A DNA stretch of 64,000 nucleotides from Coriobacteriaceae bacterium (GCA_019421015.1 JAHZGC010000002.1:156436-220435), one strand, 5' to 3'; numbered from the stretch's first letter, positions 55,026 through 64,000 are shown. Numbers and translations: made by a program. The notes: generated by a model not told the origin, from the sequence alone.

Positions 55026-56822
55026 CTACGCCCGTTCGCACACCACCGAGACCGCCTTCCCTGCAAAGGCGACGCCGTAACGCAGGCGGGGGTTGGGCAC
55101 GTCACGGTCGTAAGACCTGCGGTCGATCTGTCCCAAGGCTGTCTGGGCGAGCTCCGCGAGTTTCTCCGCCAAGGCTTGGGGGCTATCGACGGGGGCATGG
55201 GCCTTGTCGAGCACCTTGAGCTCCACGGTGATGACGGGCAGGTCCGGCCGAGGTGGTCGGTCGGGGCGCACTTCGGGCGAAAGGCGCAGATCAAACAGGC
55301 CGTTGCCGCCCTCGCGGTTGGACTGGGGGTCCGCATAGCCCGGCACGCCGAACAACAGGCCCGTCATAAGCATGTGATAGCTGTTCTCGGAGGTGAGGTC
55401 GCGGAAGCTGGGGCTGGTGGCCAGGATATGCGCTAGCTCGGCCTCTAGGGCCGCCGCGTCTCCGCTAGCCAAGGCGCCGTGCAGGTCCCGAAGCCGCTCG
55501 TAACCTCCGCACTCGTCTTCAAAGCGCTCCACGATCTCGGTCCTAAAGACCTCGGCCACCTCGCGGTTGGGCAGACGTAGGCGGCGGGGGATGCGGCGGT
55601 TGCCGGGGTCGTAGGTGTCGTTGGTGGTAAGGTATCCTGCCAGGTACAGCAGGCTCCAGAGGGCTTTTCCGCGCTCGCCCGTCTCCGAGAACACCACGCC
55701 CATGTCGAGCGGGCGCTCCACAAAGCCGCATGGCTCCATGAGGGCGAACACGTCGCGCAGCGACTCGCTCGAGGAGCGCACGGCGTCGCCCACGGCCAGG
55801 TTGCTTGCGGTGTTGGCCCAGTACACCCCCGGCCGGCACCCGCGGGAGAAGTAGTTGAGCACGCTCCAGGGGTTGTAGATGTCGGCGTCGCCGAAGCGGT
55901 AGCCGTCGTACCAGTACTTGACCTCGTCTCGTTTGTGGGGATAGCCCAGGTAGGAGGCTAGGGCGGCGACCTCTTTTTCGGTGAAGCCAAAGCGCTCCTC
56001 GGATTCGGTGTCGAGGGCGGTATCAACGGTGAGGTTGTTGAGGTCCGAGAAGATCGACTCCTTGGCGATGCGCTGCACGCCGGTGAGGCAGGCGAGGTCG
56101 AGCGCCGCACCGCCGTCCTTGAGCGCGCCGGTGAGCCAGCCCTTCATAAAGTCCACCACCTGGCGGTAGTAGCCTTTCTCGTGGCCGGCCATGACCGGGG
56201 CGTCGTACTCGTCGATGAGGACCACGACGCGACGGTTGTAGTGTTTGCGCAGGTACAGGGCGAGCTGGCGCAGAGAGGACTCGACATCGTTGCGCGTGCC
56301 GCTCATGCCGCTCACCCGGAGGAACTGGGCGCGCTCCTGCTCTGTGAGGGCGTCGCTCTGGGCCAGGTACCCGTGGCGTTGGTACTCGGCAGCGGCCTTG
56401 CCCTCAAGGGCCTCGTAGCACCCCTCCCAGGTAGCCTTTTTTACATCGTTTAGCGTGAAGAAGATGGTCGGCCTGACCCCCTGCTCGGCCCGATAGCGAC
56501 CGTCGCAGGCGTCCCAGATGGCAAGCCCCTCGAAGAGCGGGGCCTTGTCTATCCCGTCGACGGGAATCTCGAAGAACGCCTTGAGCATGGTCATGGCGAG
56601 CGTCTTGCCAAAGCGCCGGGGGCGGCAGAAGAGGGTGATGGGGTAGTTGCCGCCCAGAATGTCGGCAACGAGCAGGGACTTGTCTACAAAGAGAGACCGA
56701 TCGGCCACGGTCTCGAAGCCGTCGTAGCCGATAGGGAGCCGTTTTTCTGCGCTGCGGTCCATGATGCGCACGTCGCCCATGCGGTAGATGCCGGCCTCGT
56801 AGCTGCCCTTGTCCATGGTCAT
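55026..56822 (-). CDS. AAA-ATPase-like / PD-(D/E)XK (PDDEXK_9-type) family protein
   Basis: The start MTMDKGSYEAGIYRMG at 56822 has GGAGG 6 nt upstream. Motifs are FCRPRRFGKTLAMTML (P-loop-like), VVVLIDEYDAP, and the C-terminal FDLRL...VITVELKVL nuclease motif. It is a paralog of 2..1360 at roughly 65-70% aa identity by eye. Confidence 0.88.
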   Translation of the reverse strand: MTMDKGSYEAGIYRMGDVRIMDRSAEKRLPIGYDGFETVADRSLFVDKSLLVADILGGNYPITLFCRPRRFGKTLAMTMLKAFFEIPVDGIDKAPLFEGLAIWDACDGRYRAEQGVRPTIFFTLNDVKKATWEGCYEALEGKAAAEYQRHGYLAQSDALTEQERAQFLRVSGMSGTRNDVESSLRQLALYLRKHYNRRVVVLIDEYDAPVMAGHEKGYYRQVVDFMKGWLTGALKDGGAALDLACLTGVQRIAKESIFSDLNNLTVDTALDTESEERFGFTEKEVAALASYLGYPHKRDEVKYWYDGYRFGDADIYNPWSVLNYFSRGCRPGVYWANTASNLAVGDAVRSSSESLRDVFALMEPCGFVERPLDMGVVFSETGERGKALWSLLYLAGYLTTNDTYDPGNRRIPRRLRLPNREVAEVFRTEIVERFEDECGGYERLRDLHGALASGDAAALEAELAHILATSPSFRDLTSENSYHMLMTGLLFGVPGYADPQSNREGGNGLFDLRLSPEVRPDRPPRPDLPVITVELKVLDKAHAPVDSPQALAEKLAELAQTALGQIDRRSYDRDVPNPRLRYGVAFAGKAVSVVCERA

Positions 56823-56977
56823 ACAGCGCCTCCTTGCCGTACGTCGCGTGCATCTCAGCATATCAGACCCGGGGCTGCGCGTCTGAGCTGCGGGCGCGGC
56901 TACCTCGAAGCATCGCCGAACCGAGCAACGCAAGAGCCCGGACGCACATCCAGCACCCGCCGACCCGGCACCCCCCC

Positions 56978-57928
56978 CTACGCCAACCCGCACCGCGACC
57001 GACCCACCTCCTCGAGGGCCCGCACGTACGCGGCCTTCTCGTCCGAGAGGTTCTTGGGGCAGTAGGCGGTGTAGATCACCATGGTCAGGGGCAGCTGCGG
57101 CACGGAGAAAGCGCGCCTGGTCTTTCCCTCGCCTATGAAGCCGATGTTTTGGGTGGTGGAGGGGCTCACACACCCCAGCGCCGCTCCCCGATTGCAGACA
57201 TAGTACTCGTGCAGTGACCGGAACCTTCTATAGGTGGTGCCCAGTTCGACCCCCAGCCGGGCGAATGCCGCCGCAAGTTGGCTTCCCAGCGCGTGCGAGC
57301 TGGGGGTGTCGGGCAGCAGGAGGGTCGCGCCATCGAGATCGGACGCCTCAACGTACTCCTTTGCGAACAGCGGGCTCTCGTTGGACACAAACAGGAGGCT
57401 CGGCTCCAGCGTCTGCGGAAACTGCACCTCGTCGCCCAGATCCCGTCGGTGGGGGCGGTCATCTCCCCCGGCCAGCAACCGGTGGCGCGCACCGATGTCG
57501 AAATCGATCTCACCGCGGTCGAGCGCACGGGACCGGTCGGTACCCGACGACGCGAACGAGAGCTCGACCCGATGCCCGGGCCTGCTTTGGAGATAAAGCT
57601 TCTCGGCCGCGTCAAGGCAGCCGTTGAAGTAGGCCGTGTCGTTGCGGATGGTGAGCCCGAGCGTACATGCCGACACCTCGCGGCATTCCTCCCGAAGCCG
57701 CTCGGCCGCGCCTATAACCGCGGTCAGCTCTCCGAGCAGGTATTTTCCGGCCGGGGTGAGCCGCGGCACCTCTCCCACCTTCTCAACGAGTCTGGCGCCC
57801 ACCTCCTTCTCAAGCGCCGCGATATGCGCGACAAGCGTGGGCTGGGAGACAAAGGTCATCCGCGCGGCCTGCGAGTAGCTCATCGTCTGCGCAAAGGCCT
57901 CGAACTCCCTAAGATGATTGGTATCCAT
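56978..57928 (-). CDS. LysR-family transcriptional regulator
   Basis: The HTH is MDTNHLREFEAFAQTMSYSQAARMTFVSQPTLVAHIAALEKEVGARLVEK. It is divergent from the flavoprotein/cytochrome pair. Confidence 0.9.
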   Translation of the reverse strand: MDTNHLREFEAFAQTMSYSQAARMTFVSQPTLVAHIAALEKEVGARLVEKVGEVPRLTPAGKYLLGELTAVIGAAERLREECREVSACTLGLTIRNDTAYFNGCLDAAEKLYLQSRPGHRVELSFASSGTDRSRALDRGEIDFDIGARHRLLAGGDDRPHRRDLGDEVQFPQTLEPSLLFVSNESPLFAKEYVEASDLDGATLLLPDTPSSHALGSQLAAAFARLGVELGTTYRRFRSLHEYYVCNRGAALGCVSPSTTQNIGFIGEGKTRRAFSVPQLPLTMVIYTAYCPKNLSDEKAAYVRALEEVGRSRCGLA

Positions 57929-58137
57929 CTCCTCACCTTTCCCTTCTCAAACGATGGTACCTCCCGGCGATACCGGCCCCTTCAAAGATTTCCTGGAGGG
58001 CCCAAAGAAATCCTGGAGGTCCCCAGAACGCCTCGTGCGGTCAAAAACACCCTGGAGGGGTGGTCGCCCGGAGCGGAGGTACCTTGGGACCACGGCCGGA
58101 GCAGCCGGCCAAGGTTCAACCAAGGAGGAGAAGCACT

Positions 58138-59748
58138 ATGGAGAGCATCACCAGGCGCACGATGATCGCAGGTGCCGGAGCCGCGGTCGTGGCAGCGGCC
58201 GTTCCCGTCGCCCTTGCCGAAGAAGCCGGCTGGGAACCCGCGTGGGCCAACGAGGCCGACATCTTGGTCGTTGGCGCAGGCGGCGCGGGCCTGGCGGCCG
58301 GCATCACGGCCTGCGACGAGGAGCTGGGCAGCGTGCTGGTTCTCGAGTTCGCCCCCGAAGAGGAGTCCGGCGGCAACACCCGCGTCTCCGGCCAGCTCAT
58401 GTTCATCCCCGACACCCCCGAAGACGCCATCAAGTACCAGGTGAACCTCAACGGCCCCTACGCCGTCGATGAGGCGCTCCTCGCCGCCTGGGCCGAGAAT
58501 CTCTGCGAGAACCTCGAATGGTTCGACAACCTGGGGGCCGACCTGCAGGAGGCGACCTCCTGCAACCCCGAGTTCCCCGATATCGAGGGCTCGGAGGGCT
58601 GCCGTACCTATTTGCACGAAGGCGTTACCGGCAAGCAGCACCTCTGGGAGTTCCTCACGGAGGTCGCATCCGACTACGAGCTGCCCATCGAGTACAACGC
58701 CCGTGCGGTCGAGCTCGTTCGCAACCCCGCAACCGGCGAGGTGGCCGGCGTGCTCACCGCCGACGGCCGCGCCTTCAAGGCAAAGAAGGGCGTGATTCTC
58801 GCCTGCGGCGGTTGGGAGAACGACCCCGACCTCATGAACACCTACTATACCTGCGGTTACCCCGACATGGCCCCCGCCGGCACCCCCTATAACATGGGCG
58901 ACGGCCTGAAGATGGCCCAGTCCGTGGGCGCCGACCTGTGGCACATGAACAACTTCTCCCTCGCCAACCTCGGTGCCAAGGTGAGCAGCTCCTCGCCTTG
59001 CGTCAGCTTCCCCAACTGGTCGACGAAGGACTACATCTACGTAGGCCCCAACGCCAAGCGCTACTGCTACGAGGAGACCGCGTCCCTCAACAAGCACGGC
59101 AAGCGCATGTTCGACGGCGTGTATGTTTCGCAGCACGTCCCGATGCCCCTCTATGCCGTCCTGGGCAGCACCGCGTTCGAGACCGCGCCGCTGTTCCCGC
59201 CCTATCCGTACCTGTGGACCGACCTCATTGGGCCCAAGGACGCCGAGGACAACCAGGGCTACGTGGACGCCGGCCTAATCGTGAAGGCCGACACCGCCCG
59301 CGAGCTCGCCGAGAAGATTGGCCTCGACCCCGACGCCTTCGAGGAGACCGTCGAGCGCTACAACGCCTTCTGCGCCGCCGGCAAGGATGAGGACTATGGG
59401 CGCGGCACAGACTACTACGGCAACTTCGGCGGCATGGTCGGAGGCTCCGGGGGATCCAGCAAAGAGGAGCGGGTCGTTGTCCCGGCCTTCGATCTGGTGC
59501 CGCTCGAGCCGCCGTTCTATGCCTTTAGGCAGTACATTTCGATCCTGAACTCCCAGGGCGGTCCCAAGCGCTCGGCCACCGGAGAGGTGCTCGACACGAA
59601 GGGCCAGCCCATCCCCCGTCTCTTCGCCGCTGGCGAGCTGGGTTGCGTCTACTCCTACCAGTACAACGGCGGTGGCAACGTGAGCGAGGCCATCTCGTCG
59701 GGCAGACTTGCCGCCCGATCCTGCGCCGCGCTCGACGCCTGGTGCTAA
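58138..59748 (+). CDS. Tat-exported FAD-dependent oxidoreductase (FAD_binding_2)
   Basis: The Tat signal is MESITRRTMIAGAGAAVVAAAVPVALA, the FAD fold is DILVVGAGGAG, and the C-terminal region is RLFAAGELG. The RBS is AAGGAGGAG. Confidence 0.9.
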   Translation: MESITRRTMIAGAGAAVVAAAVPVALAEEAGWEPAWANEADILVVGAGGAGLAAGITACDEELGSVLVLEFAPEEESGGNTRVSGQLMFIPDTPEDAIKYQVNLNGPYAVDEALLAAWAENLCENLEWFDNLGADLQEATSCNPEFPDIEGSEGCRTYLHEGVTGKQHLWEFLTEVASDYELPIEYNARAVELVRNPATGEVAGVLTADGRAFKAKKGVILACGGWENDPDLMNTYYTCGYPDMAPAGTPYNMGDGLKMAQSVGADLWHMNNFSLANLGAKVSSSSPCVSFPNWSTKDYIYVGPNAKRYCYEETASLNKHGKRMFDGVYVSQHVPMPLYAVLGSTAFETAPLFPPYPYLWTDLIGPKDAEDNQGYVDAGLIVKADTARELAEKIGLDPDAFEETVERYNAFCAAGKDEDYGRGTDYYGNFGGMVGGSGGSSKEERVVVPAFDLVPLEPPFYAFRQYISILNSQGGPKRSATGEVLDTKGQPIPRLFAAGELGCVYSYQYNGGGNVSEAISSGRLAARSCAALDAWC

Positions 59749-59772
59749 CGAGGAGATAGACCAGTCGATGAT

Positions 59773-59810
59773 GCGCCGGGGGCTGCAAGACCAGGCCTCC
59801 GGCGCTTTTT
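59773..59810 (+). terminator. Terminator/attenuator-like hairpin between the flavoprotein and cytochrome c genes
   Basis: A 10-bp stem GCGCCGGGGG / CCTCCGGCGC (one G-U pair) is followed by TTTTT (59806-59810). Confidence 0.45.
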
Positions 59811-59858
59811 GGCAAGAGGCTCTTTGAAGAGATGCTCTCTAGGAAGACGGTGAGAACG

Positions 59859-60503
59859 ATGACACGCGGTTCGTTTGTTTTGCGCGCCGGCCTGCTGGCG
59901 GCGCTTCCCCTTGCAACCTGCCTGTGCGGCGTCGCTTTGGCGACTCCGAGCCAGCCGGTTGCAGACCCCGGCGAGAAGATCGCGGCGATCGAGGTCAACT
60001 TAGAGCCCGCTGCCTGGACAGACGACCTCGACTGCACGGCCTGCCATAAGAAAGAGGCGGCAGCGGCCGAAGAGCTCAAGGGCGCAGGTACGACCGAGAG
60101 CAGCGACGCCCCCACGTCCCTGGTCGAGACGCACGCCGCCCTGGATTTTGCCTGCAGCACGTGCCACTACGACGAAGAGACGCTCTCGGCGCTTCACGAG
60201 AGCCCCAACCCCAAGAAGAAGGTGCGCCGCCTCAAGCACACGGAGGTCGCCGAAGAGCTGTGCCTGAGCTGCCACGACGCGGCCGCGCTGGCGGAGGCGA
60301 CCCAGGACCTGGGCCTGCTCGTGGACAAGGAAGGCCTCGAGGTCAACCCCCACGACCTGCCCGACGTCGAAGGCCACGCCGACCTCTCTTGCACGTCGTG
60401 CCACGCGGCGCACGAGGCCTCGGTCCTGCGTGACGAGGCGGTGGAGACCTGCACCAACTGCCACCATGCGAACGTCTTTGCTTGCGGGACCTGCCACCAG
60501 TAG
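59859..60503 (+). CDS. Small multihaem (six CxxCH) cytochrome c with N-terminal signal/anchor
   Basis: The six motifs are CTACH, CSTCH, CLSCH, CTSCH, CTNCH and CGTCH, all within about 185 mature residues. The hydrophobic N-terminus is FVLRAGLLAALPLATCLCGVALA. The start may instead be ATG 59832. Confidence 0.85.
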   Translation: MTRGSFVLRAGLLAALPLATCLCGVALATPSQPVADPGEKIAAIEVNLEPAAWTDDLDCTACHKKEAAAAEELKGAGTTESSDAPTSLVETHAALDFACSTCHYDEETLSALHESPNPKKKVRRLKHTEVAEELCLSCHDAAALAEATQDLGLLVDKEGLEVNPHDLPDVEGHADLSCTSCHAAHEASVLRDEAVETCTNCHHANVFACGTCHQ

Positions 60504-60525
60504 ACGCAAACTCAGCCCCCGCCCC

Positions 60526-61146
60526 CTAAAACCGGCAGAACCGCGGCTCGCCCAGCTCGCAGAGCTCCTCGCCCCGGGCGAGCTCGCGCACGGCGGCCGC
60601 GAACGCCGGGGCGTCTTCCTCTTTGAAGAGCGCCCGCAGCAGCACGTCGGCCCCGAAGTCGGCCCCCAGGCTCTTGCCGCCTGCGTCCTCGGCCAGGCGG
60701 AGCACCTGCTCGTAGCGGGCGTAGGGCAGGCGGCACGCGGCGGTCACGCAGCTGGTGTACTCGGCGATTTGCGCCCCGGCCAACGCCGCCTGCACCGCCT
60801 CGGTGTAAGCGCGCACCAGGCCGCCGGTGCCCAGCAGCGTGCCGCCGAAGTAGCGGGTGGTCACAGCCACGAGGTCTGCGAGGCCGCTGCGGCGTAGCAC
60901 CTCGAGGGTGGGCAGGCCGGCGGTCTTCTGGGGCTCTCCGTCGTCGGAGCAGCGTTCGCGCCCGTCGCGCAGCAGGTAGGCCCATACGTTGTGGCGCGCC
61001 TCGGGATGGCGGGCGCGGACGTCGGAGAGCACCGTGAGTGCCTCGTCTTCGGTGGACGCCGGCGCCACGTGGCAGATGAAGCGGCTCTTACGCTCGGCGA
61101 TTTCGGCCTCAAAGGGACCGGCGAGGGTGCGGTAGGTCGTGGTCAT
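60526..61146 (-). CDS. yigZ: YigZ/IMPACT-family (UPF0029) protein
   Basis: Matching blocks are ERKSRFICHVAPASTEDEA...ARHNVWAY...DDGEPQKTAGLP.L.VL......VAVTRYFGGTLLGTGGLVRAY. AAGGAG lies upstream of ATG 61146. Confidence 0.85.
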   Translation of the reverse strand: MTTTYRTLAGPFEAEIAERKSRFICHVAPASTEDEALTVLSDVRARHPEARHNVWAYLLRDGRERCSDDGEPQKTAGLPTLEVLRRSGLADLVAVTTRYFGGTLLGTGGLVRAYTEAVQAALAGAQIAEYTSCVTAACRLPYARYEQVLRLAEDAGGKSLGADFGADVLLRALFKEEDAPAFAAAVRELARGEELCELGEPRFCRF

Positions 61147-61157
61147 GGGCGCTCTCC

Positions 61158-62756
61158 TTACCCCTCGCCCTCCCGCAACAGCCCGTCGACCAAGGCCACG
61201 AGCTCCTGCTTCTTGTGGATGTCCAGCCTGCGGTAGAGGCTCTTTGAGTGGGCCCGCACGGTGTCGAGCGACACGTTGAGCTCGGCGGCGGTCTGGGCCA
61301 TGGTGTTGCCGCGGGCCATGAGCATGGCCACGTCGGTTTCGCGCGCGGTGAGGCCGTAGGTGCCCTGCAGCTCGGCGGCGGCCCGCTCGAGGCTCGAGAG
61401 GTATCCGCCACTCCCGTCCGCACCGGGCCCTGCCGGGACCTGCTCGGAGCCCCGCTGCCGCCCCGGCATCCCCAGCCCCGCCAGCACCACCACGACGGCC
61501 ACCAGCAAGAACGCCGCACCTCCGGTGGCGATTAGCACGAACGCCTGGTCCTGGTGGGCCAGCGTGCTCGAGAACGCCATGAGCAGCACGGCCGACACGA
61601 TGAGGGGCGGCTTCACAAACGCCACAGTGGTCCAGCCAAAAAACGGGAGCCGTCGGTAGCCGTGGCGAAAGGCCAGGGCCGCCACCACGAGCCAGCAGAA
61701 CAGCATGAGGCAGTCCTGCGAGGCACGCAGGTAGGCCGAGGCAAACGCCGGGTCGACGGCCATAAACGACGGATACCCTACCAGCCCCGACACCATGACG
61801 AGCACGAACAGGGGCCACAGGCCCTCAGGCTCGCGCTTGAGTCCCAGCACCCACAGGGCCACCACCGCGAACAGGGCAACGAACAGCAGCGGCCAGAGCA
61901 GACGGTGCAGCAGGGCGTGGGGCTCCTCGTCCAGGGGGATCAGCAGCTTGCCCAGCAGGTTCACGAGCGTGCAGGCGCCCAACACGGCAAACATAGCCAG
62001 GGTGTCGCGCGTAAAGCGGCCGCCCTCCTGGGGCCCTGGGGCCTCGGTGCGCGCAAAGGACCCGCCCACCCCGGAGACCGCGGCGCCCGCAGAATCCGCG
62101 GGTTTCTCCTCCGACTCCCGCACCGGTTGCGGCGTCAAAGAGGAGAACCCGGCCCACAGGCAGCCAAACGACATGAGCGGCCCCGCGAGCGCGATAGCCG
62201 CCAGGGCGCCACTTGGGAGCTCCGCGCATACCAAAGTCAGCAGCCCGTAGAGGGCAAAACCGCCCGCAATGCCCACGGCCGAATGCCGTGGGTCGACCGA
62301 GCAGAGGTAGTAGCCCCAGGCGAGCACCACCACGCTGCTTACGGCACCAGTTATGGCACCGCCCAACAGCAAGGTCGTCTCGCCTGCAGGACCCAGGATA
62401 TAGACCGCGACTCCTGCTAGCGTGCAGGCCGTGGCGATGCCGGCGGCGCGCAGGACCTGGTTGGCCGAGTAGACCGCAAAGCGGTCTGCCACCAGCACCA
62501 GGACCATGGCGAGCAGCTGCACGATGTGGCTGGCGGCCACGAACTCGCTGCCCGCCGCGGCGAGCACCCCCGAGAGCTGCGCCCAGGCTGCGAGCCTAAA
62601 GGTCGCCAGGCCCACCACCGGCAGACCGTACTGGCGCAAGGCGGCCGCCGGGGCCGTTTGGCTGCGTGCTGAACCGTTCACCCTCTGGGCCCCTTCTGTC
62701 GCGCGTCGCTGTCGGTCGTCAATACGTCTGACCAGTATAGAGATGCGCGCCCCCAC
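61158..62756 (-). CDS. Multi-TM LuxR-family transcriptional regulator
   Basis: The N-terminal region is hydrophobic and the HTH is LTARETDVAMLMARGNTMAQTAAELNVSLDTVRAHSKSLYRRL. There is no ATG near the 5' end, so the candidate starts are GTG 62756 and GTG 62681. It is a paralog of 17784..19241. Confidence 0.8.
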   Translation of the reverse strand: MGARISILVRRIDDRQRRATEGAQRVNGSARSQTAPAAALRQYGLPVVGLATFRLAAWAQLSGVLAAAGSEFVAASHIVQLLAMVLVLVADRFAVYSANQVLRAAGIATACTLAGVAVYILGPAGETTLLLGGAITGAVSSVVVLAWGYYLCSVDPRHSAVGIAGGFALYGLLTLVCAELPSGALAAIALAGPLMSFGCLWAGFSSLTPQPVRESEEKPADSAGAAVSGVGGSFARTEAPGPQEGGRFTRDTLAMFAVLGACTLVNLLGKLLIPLDEEPHALLHRLLWPLLFVALFAVVALWVLGLKREPEGLWPLFVLVMVSGLVGYPSFMAVDPAFASAYLRASQDCLMLFCWLVVAALAFRHGYRRLPFFGWTTVAFVKPPLIVSAVLLMAFSSTLAHQDQAFVLIATGGAAFLLVAVVVVLAGLGMPGRQRGSEQVPAGPGADGSGGYLSSLERAAAELQGTYGLTARETDVAMLMARGNTMAQTAAELNVSLDTVRAHSKSLYRRLDIHKKQELVALVDGLLREGEG

Positions 62757-62975
62757 CGGCTACCGCCGGGCGAGAAACCCTGCGATTTCAGCTATACGCC
62801 AGCTATACACAAAACATGTGATTCGCCAAAACGGCAGCTCCTATAGGTTGTTTGCCATGGATCGAAGCGCTTGCTGCCGCAGGGCCGGTCCAAGCGCAAG
62901 AACGCCCCGTCATGGGGACGGTCTGCTTGCGCACCACAAAGGGGGACAACCGCACAACCCAAGGAGGAACAACCT

Positions 62976-64000
62976 ATGCAGAGCACTACTGTGTCGCGCC
63001 GCGGCTTTGTGGCCGGGGCCGCCGTTCTGGGCGCCGCTGCCACCGCTTCGGCGACCTTTGCCGCTCCCGGCGCCGCCCAGGCCAGCGAAGCCGCGGCGCC
63101 TGTTGCCGAGGCACCCGTCCTGAACCCGCAGAGCGACGCCCACCTGGCCTACACCACCGACTTCGCGCCGCTTTACGAGCCGCTGCAGATCGGCACACTC
63201 ACGCTCAAGAACCGCTATGTCAAGAGCCCGGCCGGCTCCGACACGCTCGACCTGGCCTTCTGCGCCGAGAACGGCCGCGTGAACGACGGCTTCCTCGACT
63301 ACTACGGCAATTTCGCCAAGGGCGGCGCGTCGCTCGTGTTCATGGAGACGGCCATCGGCAAGCTCATCTCGGTCAAGGTCAACGAGGAGGGCCGCTCCAC
63401 CACCGGCTGGCTGCTCGAGGACTTTACCCCCGAGGCCATCGCTGGCAAGCTCGCCCCGCTCACCGAGCGCATCCACAGCGAGGGCGCCTACGCCGGCATT
63501 CAGCTCGCCGCCGGCAGCGCCGACGTGGCCACCGCCACCGTCGAGGACCTCAAGTGGCTGCAGGACACCATGGCCACCATCGCCCTGGGCTACAAGCTGG
63601 CCGGCTTCGACATCATCGAGCTGCACGCCTCGGCCACCCAGTTCATGAAGAACATGCTCACCGGCCGCTTCAACACCCGCGAGGACGAGTACGGCGCCCA
63701 GTCGGTCGAGAACCGCACCCGCTTCACCTGCGAGGCCATCCGCGCCATCAAGGAGGCCTGCGGCGAGGACTTTGCGATCCAGGTGCTCATGGACGCCGTG
63801 GAGGACAACGACGCCCTTATCGGCGACAACGACATGTTCATCACCGTCGAGGACGCCGTCGAGAACGCCAAGGCCTTCGAGGCCGCCGGCGCCGACACGT
63901 TCTACCTGCGCCTCTCGGTGCCGGGCAAGCACGTGTCGCAGTTCGCCCCCGACCTGATGTTCAGCGGCTACCAGAGCGAGGGCCTCACCGGCTTCGGCAC
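62976..64000 (+). CDS. Tat-signal Old Yellow Enzyme-family NADH:flavin oxidoreductase (3' end outside the window)
   Basis: It is absent from the ORF track because no stop lies in the window. ATG 62976 follows AAGGAGG. The Tat signal is MQSTTVSRRGFVAGAAVLGAAATASA. OYE blocks are LQIGTLTLKNRYVKSPAG and GFDIIELHA....NTREDEYGAQSVENRTRFTCEAIRAIKEACGEDFAI. Confidence 0.8.
   Translation, partial: MQSTTVSRRGFVAGAAVLGAAATASATFAAPGAAQASEAAAPVAEAPVLNPQSDAHLAYTTDFAPLYEPLQIGTLTLKNRYVKSPAGSDTLDLAFCAENGRVNDGFLDYYGNFAKGGASLVFMETAIGKLISVKVNEEGRSTTGWLLEDFTPEAIAGKLAPLTERIHSEGAYAGIQLAAGSADVATATVEDLKWLQDTMATIALGYKLAGFDIIELHASATQFMKNMLTGRFNTREDEYGAQSVENRTRFTCEAIRAIKEACGEDFAIQVLMDAVEDNDALIGDNDMFITVEDAVENAKAFEAAGADTFYLRLSVPGKHVSQFAPDLMFSGYQSEGLTGFG

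Overview
This is a high-GC (about 65%) actinobacterial accessory region. By inference it looks Coriobacteriia/Eggerthellaceae-like. The only clearly housekeeping-type content is a five-gene Opp/Dpp-type ABC importer (4348-10212, minus strand) and metY (10919-12280). From about 12.8 kb to the window end the sequence is a dense set of regulator/reductase modules. I count eight intact Tat-signal FAD_binding_2 flavoproteins of the fumarate-reductase/KstD-like type. There is also one Tat-signal Old-Yellow-Enzyme-type flavoenzyme (3' partial) and one eroded bis-MGD molybdoenzyme. Each reductase sits beside its own regulator: six multi-TM LuxR, two LysR and one MerR-like, plus LuxR and AraC relics. 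One flavoprotein is followed by a six-haem cytochrome c, which resembles the cgr arrangement. Interspersed genes are a hipBA module with two palindromic operators, an orphan HipA-like kinase followed by a LysR gene, an RHH-nucleotidyltransferase fusion, and a BlaI/BlaR1-like pair with a recognisable operator/promoter. There is also a MATE pump, YigZ, a DUF4143 ATPase, two inverted paralogs of an AAA-ATPase-like/PD-(D/E)XK protein, and a frameshifted IS3-family element. Gene decay is frequent in this region: frameshifted or internally deleted LuxR genes, a cytochrome c 3' relic, and FMN-binding, AraC and Uma2 fragments. The least explained signal is in the intergenic DNA. A superfamily of about 25-nt bipartite repeat units occurs as locus-specific variants in direct and inverted arrays. 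One is a strictly 41-bp-periodic inverted array at 3908-4193, and one is a roughly 100-130 bp composite element present three to four times, one copy of which is split by the IS. No rRNA, tRNA or CRISPR was seen. All family calls rest on motif reading by eye; no searches were run.
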